Source: Hydrolagus affinis
Taxonomy: Eukaryota
Reading direction: 5' to 3'
Length of the DNA: 64,000 nucleotides
Assembly (NCBI GenBank): GCA_012026655.1
Contig: JAAILG010000028.1
Location: 62,001 to 126,000 of the forward strand
Shown here: piece after piece, positions 1 to 11,480 of the stretch
Position numbering within the stretch: the first letter of the stretch is position 1
How the letters are laid out: each line of letters begins with the position of its first letter
The notes under the pieces: generated by a model
Told to the model about the DNA's origin: nothing
Database searches by the model: none
The model's input: the letters and a program-made list of their open reading frames with translations, nothing else
Position numbers and translations under genes: made by a program

Positions 1-1004
1 TTGTGTGTCCCTCCCTTCAGAGATGAAGTAACACAACGAGGGTCCCCATCACGCGCACTACATGTTCATTGTTGGGAAGTCCTTTTCTAAACATCAAAGT
101 AAGAAAAGAAAACACAAAGATTGTGTGTGATGGGCTCCAGATGAGGTAGCCATTCATCTTGCGTTGGAAACAAAGCTCGACTTCGGACTTTGAACTCCTA
201 GCCCAAACTGACACTCTAAAGGAATGCTTGGAATGTTAATCCGGATGACTAAACTCAGGAAAAGCTAGACTTTAGAAGATGTTTGCTTCCTTCACTTCAG
301 CGTGGGTGGAGACACGCAATCAACAAGCAAAAGCAGTCGATTCTGTGTTGATTAACTCCCCCCCACCTCTAAAAAAGAGAGAGGCTGGGTAAATATCCAC
401 TACTGTGGGATTGAAGGCCACAGGGATAAGTATAGACTGCGATGATTGAATACTCCACGGGATACAGTGGTTCTTGTGTGGCTGGAGTGGGAAGCAGGAA
501 ACATTGTTTGTGGAGACAGCTTCCTTAGATTGAATAATGGAGATAGGAGAGCAGAGAGATAGATTCAAGTGTTTGCTTGACCTTTGGGGATCATGGAGTA
601 TTTATGCAGAATATTGCCTCCGGAGAATAACTGGGTGGGTAGGAGTTAGTTCGAGAGTAGATTGTATACAGTGATCAGGAGAAATAGATTTGACTGTCTC
701 AGTGACCTCTCTTGGTATGTTCCTGGGCGTCGAATTCTGTTCTGGTTTGATAAGCTAATTTAACGTATGGCAAAAAAACCTCAAACCTTCTCACCAGAAG
801 TCGGGGCATCAAACAGCTTTTCATTTTCCGAACTGTTCCACGTCCAATTGAAGTATCAGAGTAAAAATTGCAACTGGGATTTGCAAATCGATCCAGTTTT
901 CCAACTTGCTTTGTACCAACATTACCCAGCATTAAGAGGATAATTATATTTGAAAAGCATTTTCACACTATCCCAAGGTAGCCCAGCAGTTTAATACCTC
1001 TACT

Positions 1005-1171
1005 AATAATATGAATAATCCTTCAATTTGATATGGCACCTCACCACGTCTTTGTAATGTCTCAAAGCGCTTCACAGTGTAAAGAGAATTGACTGTATAT
1101 TTTGTGGGCCATTCACGGCGGCCAATTGCGCACAGCATTGTCCCACAACCAGTCATAGATTGAGTGACCAA
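1005..1171 (-). mobile_element. Dominant Deu-type SINE, 5'-truncated copy
   Basis: Reverse complement contains TTGGTCACTCAATC...TGTGGGACAATGCTGTGCGCAATTGGCCGCC...TGTGAAGCGCTTTGAGAC...ATCAAATTGAAGGATTATT, matching the family repeated across the window. Confidence 0.85.
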
Positions 1172-1258
1172 ACGTGATGAAATAGGAACAGCAAGATTCA
1201 TTTATGAATGTGACTTACTATTAATATGAATGTGAATAGGGCTTTGCTGTATTCATGC

Positions 1259-1298
1259 TGTGTGTGTGTGTGTGTGTGTGTGCGTGTGTGTATGTGTA
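1259..1298. repeat. (TG)n microsatellite
   Basis: Direct reading of the TG run with two interruptions. Confidence 0.95.
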
Positions 1299-1764
1299 GT
1301 AGGTATTACATTGTGCTGAAAGCTCTGTGTACTTCATGCAGGAGGAGTCTACAACTACAGTGGAATGTTTAAAAAAAAACACTCACGTTTTTCAATGGAA
1401 ATATACTCGGAGGCTTTGTCCTTTCTCTGAATTTCAATGTGAAACAGATGGTTTCTGATTAAGGATTGATGCTAATACAATGGCTGTGCTGTGCTTACTT
1501 CACTGAGAGCATTTGCCTTGTTCCAGTGCCAAATCCACATGTGGTTAGCTCTGCATTAAGCAGTTTCCTTTGGGAGTGATTCAAATACACCACCAGGTGA
1601 CAAATACTGAAATCCTATCTCCGAACAACGGATCTGTTTGGAACAGGGGGTGTATTCCTTAGTTGGCCTACAAAATAAACTATCACAAAAGCACTTGACA
1701 GCAAATCCTGCTAAACACTTTGAAACATCGTCCTGTGTTAATAGGTACGATATCGTGTGAAAGG

Positions 1765-2207
1765 CTTATTATTATTCAAAACACTCCGCCGCCTGCATTG
1801 TCACCAGCGCTAAACTCCCTACTCCAATCACACCAGTTCTTGCCAAGTTCCATTGGCGCTCTCAATCGCCGAACGGATCGATTTCAAGACCTTCACACAT
1901 GTTTTCAAATCCCTTTCATGCCCTGGCACCTCCCTACCTCTCTGACCTGCTTACTCTCCAAACCATTATCTGTTGCCTCCGCTCCATTGCACCTTCTGTG
2001 GCTGGACTTTCAGCCACTATGCCCCGAAACTCTGGAACACCCGACCTTTATCCCTGCATCTTGCCCCTCCCTCCCTGTCTTCAGATCAGGCCTGAAGACC
2101 TTCAACTCAATCGTGTTTATAGTCACTTCCCCACAGCCTCTGGCTCTGTGTCATGCTCAGACATTGTCAAATGCGAGGGATGCTATATAAATGCGTTGTA
2201 GTTATTA
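1765..2207 (+). mobile_element. L2-clade LINE 3' fragment (decayed ORF2 C-terminus and tail)
   Basis: Frameshifted translation gives IQNT..., RIDFK, HALAPPYLSDLL, resembling the L2 motif LHWLP..RI.FK...GLAP.YLSDLL; ends in GCTATATAAATGCGTTGTAGTTATTA. Confidence 0.85.
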
Positions 2208-2362
2208 TCTTAAGCATCAAGGCAAGAATTTTATTACTGTGAAGTGAATGAGCATTTTACCAAAGGTAAAATGTAATTAAAAAAATTTACTACATTAAAG
2301 AGCAGAAAGATTTCCCTGCATCTTTTATAAATATTATTTTATTTTGTATTTTTATTTATTTT

Positions 2363-2460
2363 ATCAATTCACTTTACAGTACGTTCTGTGAAGCGCTTTG
2401 AGATGTCTAGAAGACGTGAAAAGGGCTATATCAAATGCAAGGATTCTTCTTATTATTATA
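2363..2460 (+). mobile_element. Dominant SINE, 3' fragment
   Basis: CAATTCACTTTACAGTACGTTCTGTGAAGCGCTTTGAGATGTCTAGAAGACGTGAAAAGGGCTATATCAAATGCAAGGATT... Confidence 0.9.
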
Positions 2461-3394
2461 GTTTCTAATCCTCAGAAAAAAGGAGGAATAAACATCAGAT
2501 GAGACGTGTTTCCTGCTCTTCCCACCGGACAATAAGAGACCACATTGGATAAAGCCAAGATGCAAGTCCCCAAGGCTGGGAATGGGATGGGGAACCAGGA
2601 TACCTACCAAGGGAGGAGAAAAGAATCACACCTGCAAACATGAGATAGAGAAATCAAATATTCTCTAACACCCACTTGCCTTTATATAGCACCTTACATG
2701 TAGAGCAGTGCCTCAGAGCACTAAACAGTGGTAAAGCCTGACGCCAATCTGGGTGGGGGAGGGGGGGGAAATAAGATATAAGGCACCTGGACCTTTTTAA
2801 TGCATGTTCAGTGGTGGGAGGAAGATGTATAATAAATGTCGAAATGCAACTGCAGCTCTCAAGATGTCAATTGAAACACGAGGGATAATTATCAGTAGCC
2901 AACAAAAAGTAAATCCTTGAAAACACTGTACACTTGCTGTAGGGAAAGATAAAAATTGTGTCTTAGCCAAAGATATTTTTCATCATAGAAAATGATACCT
3001 TACTTTGACTGCATTGCAAAACAATCTGAACACAAACATCGTAACAAAAAACAAGTCCGCTGTTGTCCCTTGTTCAAAGCCACCACAAAGCCCTGTTGTT
3101 TCGATTAATCCCTGAATTTTTGTGTGTCCTTATGCGAGCTTTCTGAACTCGACTTATCTCTAAAGGTTCCTTTGTGCTTCAAAGTACTGTATGATGCTTA
3201 GAAGGAAAAGCAGATGAATGCTTCAAGGAAATTTATGATTCCTTTCGCCTGTGTTTTGATCTGAAGCCTTCCCGACCATGAAACCCAAACAGTTTCTGAT
3301 CCAGGTAGATTATCTAAATCACATCATTCACGTAAATCAACGCACATACCAAAATCTCCTGCACACTAGTGCCGAGTTGTCTTAACCAGGAAAC

Positions 3395-3532
3395 ACTTGT
3401 TAGGTCAGTGTATGAAGGGATATGGGGCAAGGATGGGTGGGTAATTGTAGTTGAGGTACAGATCTGCCCTGACCTTATAGAATGGTGAAACAGGCTCAAG
3501 ATGCTGAATGGACTACTCCTGTTTCTATGTAA
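3395..3532 (+). mobile_element. CR1 LINE 3' end fragment
   Basis: AAGGGATATGGGG...GTTGAGGTACAGATCTGCC...GAATGGTGAAACAGGCTCAAG...GCTGAATGGACTACTCCTGTTTCTATGT; same tail as 36810-36995 and, in antisense, 42411-42730. Confidence 0.8.
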
Positions 3533-3544
3533 CACAATCATTTT

Positions 3545-3730
3545 CAGGCCATTGAGTCTGCTCCATTGCGCCCTGTGTTACTAAATCACACTCTTTATTG
3601 ATTAAGTCTATTTCCCAGTTCTTTCCCCCATATACCTTAATGTAGTTTTATCTTCCCAAGTGTCCATCGAGTTCCCTATTCAGTGATTCCATTGATCCAG
3701 CCTCACTCATCATGTAATTTCCTTCTAATG
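3545..3730 (-). mobile_element. Degraded CR1 3' fragment
   Basis: GGCCATTGAGTC...TTCCCCATATACCTTAAT...TCCATTGATCCAGCCTCAC is the antisense of the CR1 tail pattern. Confidence 0.55.
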
Positions 3731-3859
3731 TCTCTCTCCCATCAAAACCCCCCCTCACTCCCTCACATCTTCTTCACCGTTAAGTAAACCTTCCAAGATA
3801 TGGTTGAAAAAGTAAGTTTTCAAGTCAGATTTAAAGGTAAACATTGATTCCTCTGCCTT

Positions 3860-4080
3860 GTCCCCTGCTTACCTGTCTTCCGATTATATCTGAAGACCTT
3901 CCTCTTTGCGCTCTGAAATGCCATCTGGCATGGAGGGTGCTATATAAATCCAAGTTGTTGTCGACCTTATCTACGATCACATCCCCTGTCTCTTCGTTTC
4001 AGGCTAGGACACTGTTATGCACTGTGAGATGCTACCCCATGTGAAGGGTGCTCTATAAATGCAAGATGTTGTTGTTGTAG
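3860..4080 (+). mobile_element. Two tandem L2 3'-tail remnants
   Basis: Two tails ending GGGTGCTATATAAATCCAAGTTGTTG (~3960) and GGGTGCTCTATAAATGCAAGATGTTGTTGTTG (~4077). Confidence 0.7.
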
Positions 4081-4885
4081 ATAGCAGGGGTGTGGAGGAG
4101 AGGAGGAGGGATTGAGGCAGGGAGAGGCTCATGTAAATGATCGGTGGTAAATTGGATAAGAAATCCTGGGATTCTAAACCGTAGGAATTCACAGCACAGA
4201 AGAAGGTCATTTGGCTCTCTTGTGAACTATCTTTGCAGGGCCCAAAACATCTGATGACTGGGACTCAGCTCCACATTGGATTTAATCTGGAGGAAAAATA
4301 CAACCCATAAAGTATCTATATTTGTGGCTCGATTCCCATTCAAGTTCACATTGTAAGATATAACTTGGCGGAGTAGTCACCTTCTGAATTTAAGGTGCGA
4401 AAAACAGGCTACGTGTAAACCACAAGCTCGGCACACACAGGGTAAATACTGCAGTCTATTATCAGGGTTAACGGACAAGGAGCCGGCTTTCTGTATTTGA
4501 CACGTCAGTTACTCACCACCACCTAATTTTTAATCATTGATTTTTCTGTAATAGAGAACACCCTGATCTGCTGACTCGGTGTCTCCTGCTGCAGATGTCT
4601 CGCAGTGACTAGAATACAGATGATCACAGGAGTGTGCTCGGACTAGAAATGGTGCAGTTCTCTCTCTTGTTGGAGCTCTGCAAAGGTAATGGTCTGGTAA
4701 CAGCTATTTCAAGCAGTAATTTGCCTTCATACAGCAATATTGTTCAGGCTTCATGAACACTACCAGCACGACTGCTCTAGTCACTGGGGTTGCTGGTCGG
4801 TGCACTAATATAGCACAAGGGCAAGCAAATTAAAGGGCGCAATCTAAGTTCCTCTAAGCTATCATCATAGAGACAGGTGGTTCAC

Positions 4886-5052
4886 AATATCAATAATCCT
4901 TGCATTTTATATAGCACCTGATCACATCTTCAAGACGTCTCAAAGCACTTCACAGAATGCACTGTAAAGTGAATGGATTGAATATTTTATGGGCGGAACG
5001 CGGCAGCCAATTGCACACAGCAGTGTCTCACAAACAGTCATGGATTGAGGCA
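4886..5052 (-). mobile_element. Dominant SINE, 5'-truncated copy
   Basis: AATAATCCTTGCATTTTATATAGCACC...GCAGCCAATTGCACACAGCAGTGTCTCACAAACAGTCATGGATTGA. Confidence 0.9.
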
Positions 5053-5177
5053 CTTAATTAGTATTACTTTTTCATATATTGCATTACAAATGACATATTT
5101 TGGTAATATTCAAAACACGTTATTTGCAATTTAAAAAAATGTGGGACAATGATATTTCTAATAGGTTTATAAAAAAG

Positions 5178-5479
5178 TCATGTACCTCAGCGGTTAGAGC
5201 ACACGCCTCACAAGCGAGAGCCCTAGGTTTGATCCCAGCAAGACGACAATTTGGACAAGTTTCGTTATTCCACACGCCTGATAACAATGTCAGCAAAAAT
5301 CCAAAAAAATTATTTCGTCACTCAATCCACAACTGTTTGTGGGACAGCGCTGTGTGCAATTGGCTCCTGCGTTTCATCTACAAATACATAGTCAATTCAC
5401 TTTACATTATATTCTGTGAAGCGCTTTGAGACATCTAGGAGAAGTGAAAAGCGCAATATCAAATGCAAGGATTATTATT
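5178..5479 (+). mobile_element. Dominant SINE, near full length (short variant)
   Basis: tRNA-like head TGTACCTCAGCGGTTAGAGCAC (A box), GGTTTGATCCC (B box), Deu-like CTGTTTGTGGGACAGCGCTGTGTGCAATTGGC, and (ATT)n tail. Confidence 0.9.
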
Positions 5480-8357
5480 CCGTGAAGCATTTTAAAACAT
5501 CATGAAGATGTGATAAAGTGCTACTGTGTATTAAATGTATAGATTATTATTATAAAAAGTATAGCATGAGATACTGCATTCCCAAATAGTTTGGATTTTA
5601 CCGCAATAGCAAAGATCTTCATATATCATATTAATGATCCTTGCATTTGATATTGTAGCTATATGTAATCTTTGCTGGTACAGAAATGAGCATTATCCAA
5701 CCTCTGTTATATCACATCAAGGATTTGTGAGAAACATTGTGAGAGTCATTGAGGAGATAATTACTCCTATTCTTTTTTTCATGCCATCCATATAAAAATG
5801 CATTTCCACAACATTTTGTCTGTAGTTTAACTTGGGAAATGTGCAAATGTTCTGTGGAAAGTTTAAGAGACTCAAGAACAAATTAAAGGGAAAAAAGCAG
5901 GACAGGGAGTCAGTGCTTCACTCAATTATTGAATCAAAATATGGATCAGTAATTGACTTTTAACAAACCAACACAATTCATGATATTTAATAATTAACTG
6001 CTTACAGCGTTCAGGCTTATTAAATGTTTGGTAAAATGTTTTGAGAACTATAGTTACCGAGACATGTGGTACAAGCAGAATTCCATATTTAAGTAGTTTC
6101 ATAATACAGAAATAAACTCAATTTGTGCTTTAGGCAATAACATAGAACAGTACCTTACCCCTGTTAGCATAGGTTGAGTCTTGTGAAGCTTCGGGTTTGT
6201 TGCACCACTTTCTGACGCATTACCAACTAAATTATTTATAAAGTCATCCAATTTCAGATACACTAGGGCAAAAGTTGTTCCAGAAAGTTATACGTTAGGG
6301 GGAGGGTGGGCGGTGGGGTGCGGGGTTGGTGGGGAGAATTAAAATACAAACGTTTCTTAACCACTCAAAATTCATCACTGTCAATTTATCAATTTCTCTC
6401 ACCTGCTGAAGAGATTGTTTGTCTCCACGAGGAAGGGAAAAATATCCAGTGGAGCTTGTCAAAAAACAATAGACTTTTCATTTTTTTAAAAAAAGGAAAC
6501 TTGGATCAGGCTGAAAGAACATCTTGCTTTACTAATGCAGTCTTGTTTGACTGATCTTTCAGTGATAATCCCCCTGTATAAACATGATGGGAAGTGTGAA
6601 GAATTACTGATATCCTCACTTTGGGTTGGTGAAACACAACTGAAATTGATAAGCTGATAACTTGGAGTGACATTCTCTAGTTAGCAACTCAATTTCAGCC
6701 CTGGCCACTTTAGATTCATGGAGACCCATAAACGAGGTAGTTTTTTTTAAGTTCATTTTAGCATTTAAATTGAAGTTTTATTGTCTGTTTAGTTTGCCTG
6801 CTTAATGTCAGCCTAGCCGTCCCTTTATCAAGGTATTGATTTGATCCTAATATGGCAGAAGCGATTTGAATTTCTTGAATTGGCAGCTGTCACATTTGCT
6901 ATTCATTCACACAATCTGATTGTAGTTCAGTAATGAACGTCCCGATTAGAAACATTGGGAACTGACAGCAGGTGTAAAGCTTTAGGGCGTCACCTTTCAC
7001 ACACACAATTTACAACATCAATTTAGATGGAGAAGATCCTTTGGCTCAGTGGATCGCATCCCATCACTGTATCACACTGTTCTTTTTTAAACGAGTCCAG
7101 TTAAATACCAAGCGTTTTTTTTTAAAAGAAACAGCAAAGGTTTGGTGTTGTTTGCCATTGGCAATGGAGCCCGGAAGAAATACATTTGGAGTGCTTCATC
7201 TTTACAGTTGTCTTTCGGGTTATAACGACACAATTACTACACCTTACATTAAACTCTGGGAAGTGCTTTGAGACTTGCGATGGAGTGATAGATTCTATAT
7301 CAAATGCAAAGATTATTGTAGATTATTATTAGTATGCACTGTGTTGTCGAGGTGTCAATGCAGTCTGGCAGGCACATAAAACTCTTTGGGAAAGGCAATT
7401 TAATATAGTATGGTGTCGGCCTGGACTGAAATATAAGTTAGAAATAAATACTAGAGAGGTTTCTAATAGGTTTTTATCCAACTCAAGAAGAGGCAGACAT
7501 AATAATAACAACAACAATAATAATAAGTCTTCGAAATGTCGCAAAACGCTTCACTGAATATACTCTAAAATGAATTGACTGTATATTTTATGGTCAGAAA
7601 TGCTATGGTTAGAAAGCCCTGTTTTACACAGACATAAAAAGCAGCTTATATTGTGATGGGTACAGTAATGTGCAAATGCCTATTCAAAATAGATGACCTT
7701 CAGGATTCAGTTTTTTCCGACATCAGACAGGGAGCGCTGGGGCCGGACTCGGTGCTAGTATTCCGAGCAGATATTAATGAGGTATGTCAGCTTTCTGAGG
7801 CTTGTTGTCACTTGCATTTTGTATTTCTGATTACCTTCCGAAGATGAGCGCAATTGGAAAATGACCATCTGCGGAGAAGCGGTCCACTGAGAAATGATTT
7901 CACACGGTTGTTCGTCCCCGATGGAGTCACAAACCAGAACGTGCAACACGGAATATTCTAGTGAGTGGCTGCTGTGTTTATACGGCATGGTATTGCCAAT
8001 GACAGGAAAATGAATAGCCCAAAGTAGACTTCCTGAACTACTTAGTGCCTTTTATTGACCCAAGAGCTTTATGAGATTGCATTGAACTCGCTAAATGTTC
8101 ATATTACGAAAGCATAATTGATCATTATTTACTTGTCCTTTGCGTCACTCTGTCCTGTCGATGTGTTATTTAATGCAATGGAGTACAGAATAGAAGAAAG
8201 GGATACAAGAAATCATTAAAGCAAAACCACCCCAAATATTTTTAAATTTACGTTTAGTTCTAAACTTAAGGAAAACGGTAGAAGTGTAGGCCAAATTTAA
8301 ACCGTACACTTCTTTCCTTACATAAATAATACGTGTTATTTACATAAATAATACATG

Positions 8358-8660
8358 CAAGTCCTGTAGCTCAGTGGTAAGAGAGAGACCTGGGTTCGAT
8401 TCTGGACTGGGCGAAACCCTGGGTAGGCTTCCTTATACCACATGCCTGATAATAATCCCTCAACAAAAAACAACAATAAATTGTTAATTTCAATCCATGA
8501 CTGTTTGTGGGGACACTGCTGTGCGCAATTGGCTGCCACATTTTGCCCACAAACACTACAATCAATTCACTTTACAGTATATTCTGTGAAGCGCTTTGAG
8601 AATGTCTAGAAGATGTGAAAAGCGCTATATAAAACGCAAGAATTATTATTATTATTATTA
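8358..8660 (+). mobile_element. Dominant SINE, near full length with a deletion in the anticodon arm
   Basis: GTCCTGTAGCTCAGTGGTAAG [gap] AGAGACCTGGGTTCGATTC, Deu-like core, tail GCGCTATATAAAACGCAAGA(ATT)n. Confidence 0.9.
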
Positions 8661-9034
8661 CGGTGGATCCTGTGAAGGTCTTAAGGATCTCCTCCCAATG
8701 TGAAAGGTATTATACCAAATGTAAGGATAATAATTATTATCATATGATGGTCATAACTAGCTTTCCTTTCCCCATATGCACAATCCTATGGGGAGCACAA
8801 ATCATTCCGATCACTCATCGGGTTGTTAATTTCGACATATTAAGCCTATGTACTTCAGCTCTGAGCTCACTCTTCCAGTCAGGAAGTGTCATTTACCTGT
8901 TTATCATCCGTGACTCTGAGGATTGTAAAAATGTGGACGATTCCCCTTTCCTGTACAGTAATTTTCTTTTCTCCATTCAAAACAGGTTCAGCACGAATGA
9001 CTGTGTGCATCCTAGCGTGACCATCAGTCACTGC

Positions 9035-9215
9035 ACACTGAAGTTTTGGTACTCTCGCCCCCAATCCCTCCACCTTGCCCCTTCCCTCCTTCCCTCCTTC
9101 CCTCCCTCCCTCCCTCCCTCCCTCCCCTCCCTACTTTGAAATCCCATCCAAAAACCTTCCTGGTTGATCGTGCTTATGGTCACTTCCCTTCTCCCTCTAC
9201 CCCTGACACCCTGAG
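9035..9215 (+). mobile_element. L2 3' fragment with expanded (CCCT)n tract
   Basis: LKFWYSRPQSLHLAPSL...TLKSHPKTFLVDRAY resembles the L2 ORF2 C-terminus (LWNSLP...FKS.LKT.LF); the (CCCT/CCTT)n tract is at ~9080-9132. Confidence 0.65.
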
Positions 9216-9545
9216 ACAACAACAAAAAAAAATTACACTTGTATGGTGCCTTTTACGTCAGGAGGACGTCCCAAGGCGCTGGACAGATACTGCTTCAGAC
9301 CTGAGCTGAGGATGAGGGTGGGGGGGAAGGAGTTGCCGATGGGTCCATCGAAGAGGAGAGTCTTGAGGTGAGACTTGAAGAAGGGCAGGCAGGGGATGAG
9401 GTGGAGGGACTTCGGGATGGAGTTGGGAGCAGAGGTTGGGAGCAGAGTGGCTGAAGGCTCACCCGCCAATGGTGGGGCGGGTGGGTCGGGGGACGTAGAG
9501 CAGGCCAGAGCCTGCTGAGCGGAGGGGGCGGGCAGGTTGGTAAGT
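9216..9545 (-). mobile_element. L2 LINE 3' fragment
   Basis: Minus ORF ...NSIPKSLHLIPCLPFFKSHLKTLLFDGP; tail CCTTGGGACGTCCTCCTGACGTAAAAGGCACCATACAAGTGTAAT..(GTT)n; closely similar to 33471-33760. Confidence 0.88.
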
Positions 9546-9825
9546 TGATAGGAGGTCACAGATGTTTGTGTGTGTGGTCAGTGACACAAATGGGGGGAAA
9601 GTCACTCAGGGTCACTGATGCACTCCTTTCAGTGAGAAGCGACGGAACAGAATTCTCGCTGCCTGTCTCTGCCTGCTTACAGAGCCTGGGTGGAACAGTA
9701 GAACTTTATGTGTGTGTGGGAGTCTCTGTGTTTTTTTTAAAACAAAAATAAAGCATTTCAGTATGTATCCCCGCTGTGCTTACTGGAGTATTTCATTTGA
9801 CTACTGAATTTAATAGTGTTACAAG

Positions 9826-10152
9826 AATAATCCTGATATAGCGACCTAACACGCCTTTGAGACATCTCAAAGAGCTTCACGGAATATACTGTAAAATGTA
9901 GCGATGATGTATTTTGTAGGCGAACTCAGCAGCCAATTGTATACAGCAATATCCCATAAACAGTTGAGTGACCAAATTATTATTATTTTTGAAGAGATTA
10001 TTCCCCCTGGAAAGCGATCCGCTGATCGACCAACAACCTAAGCAGTAAGTAGGGTTCCTATTTACTGCTGGGTAAACAGAGGTGTGTGTTTGGATTGAGG
10101 AAAAATACAGGTTTCGCCCTCTCTGGGAATCGAACCCAGGTCCTCTTGCTTG
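9826..10152 (-). mobile_element. Dominant SINE, long variant
   Basis: Antisense B box GGAATCGAACCCAGG at ~10127-10140, extra internal segment (reverse complement CCTCTGTTTACCCAGCAGTAAATAGGAACC), Deu-like core and tail. Confidence 0.85.
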
Positions 10153-10964
10153 TTTTGCTTTTTTGTACTGATTATCATTTTACAATGAATTATAATTTTC
10201 GGTAAATCAGTCATAATACTCTGTCCTCAGTCAGTCTGGGTTTAAGGAGGGTGGTGGAGGGGGCGTGGTCACTGAATAGTTAACAATGCAATTAGTAAAG
10301 AAATTGACCGGTCGGGAAGAAAACCAATAGTACAAGCTTTACTTTTGAGTCATCGAAGCAACACAAAATGTTAGTCATTTACAGTGTGGGTTTCTGTTTT
10401 ATCTGCCTATGGGGTGCAATTTACATCTCATTGTCTATCTCCCTTTCTGATGCAAAAAAGCACACACCATATACAATTCCTTTGAGACATGTATAATTAT
10501 AATGCAGGGCAGTGTACCAATTTGCCTTCTGATGCATTATTTTTAGCAGGCGAGAGTTCGATTTGAGTGTTTTATAAATGGGGATTTTGCACTTCAGCGG
10601 AGATTTTTGTCATATCCATTCATTAATTCATCAAGCCTCTTTCTCACCCCCACCCCCGGCCCATCGTCTTTTCAGTGACTTAGGAGTCCTATTTACAGAC
10701 TGTTCTGAACTCCACCAATAGACTACGAACTGTACATTCTCCTCAGTCCTTCAACTCCGTGCGCACATAGCTGTTCATCCAAAAATTAGTGGGTATAAAT
10801 TTACATGTTTATTTACCTATTTCCTATTGCTAAATAACACAAGTGATGGGTTCAGACACACTGAAGAATATACCCTTTTATTTCTGATTGACTTGAGTGA
10901 GATTCCATCAGCATTGGAATTACGTACTTTAGAAAAATTGTTTTTGAAGAAAGCAGTATATTTG

Positions 10965-11480
10965 CACACTTCACGTGATTGTGGGTTAGTGGTTTCAAGG
11001 CCACTATGTTGGGATATTGAGCTCACAGTTCAGGCTGACACTCCAGTGCAGTATTATCAGGTAGAGGTTAACAATCCTGTGGCACTACAACAACGACTTG
11101 CGTTGATATAGCCTTTCTCAGACAGGGCAGCGTCCCAGAGGAATATTCAACAACAGCAATAACTTGTATTTTATGTAACACCGTTCATGTTGGATGATTT
11201 GAAAAGGAAAGGAAGTTGCTCTCAATGTCCTGGTCAACAATCCCCAATAACCACATTGATATAGCACCCTTAATGTTGGACAGCATCTCGGAGTGCTCGA
11301 CAATTGCAATAAATAATTGGTTATTCACCTCACCTCAGTTGAAGGTAACATTATGCAAAGAACAGGCTGCCGTGTTCGTGTGCAGATACAGTCACTACAA
11401 GTCACAGAAAAGAACATCTGTGAAATGCTTTGAGACATCTTGATGTGATGAGACATTGTATACAATTGCAAGGATTTCAT
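10965..11480 (+). mobile_element. Old SacSINE1-like Deu SINE interrupted by antisense L2 tail stubs
   Basis: GGTTTCAAGGCCACT...CAGGCTGACACTCCAGTGCAGTA...TGTCCTGGTCAACAATCCCC...CAGTCACTAC...TGTGAAATGCTTTGAGACATC; motifs recalled from shark SacSINE1. Confidence 0.7.

Noticed and set aside
141-165. TGAGGTAG let-7-like seed
   Set aside because: The sequence diverges after 8 nt (TGAGGTAGCCATTC) and there is no hairpin partner.
1720-2190. 156-aa ORF as a host gene
   Set aside because: It overlaps a decayed L2 fragment, and the L2 motifs are split across frames.
8663-9139. 158-aa ORF
   Set aside because: It spans a SINE tail, unique DNA and a (CCCT)n-expanded L2 remnant; no coherent protein.
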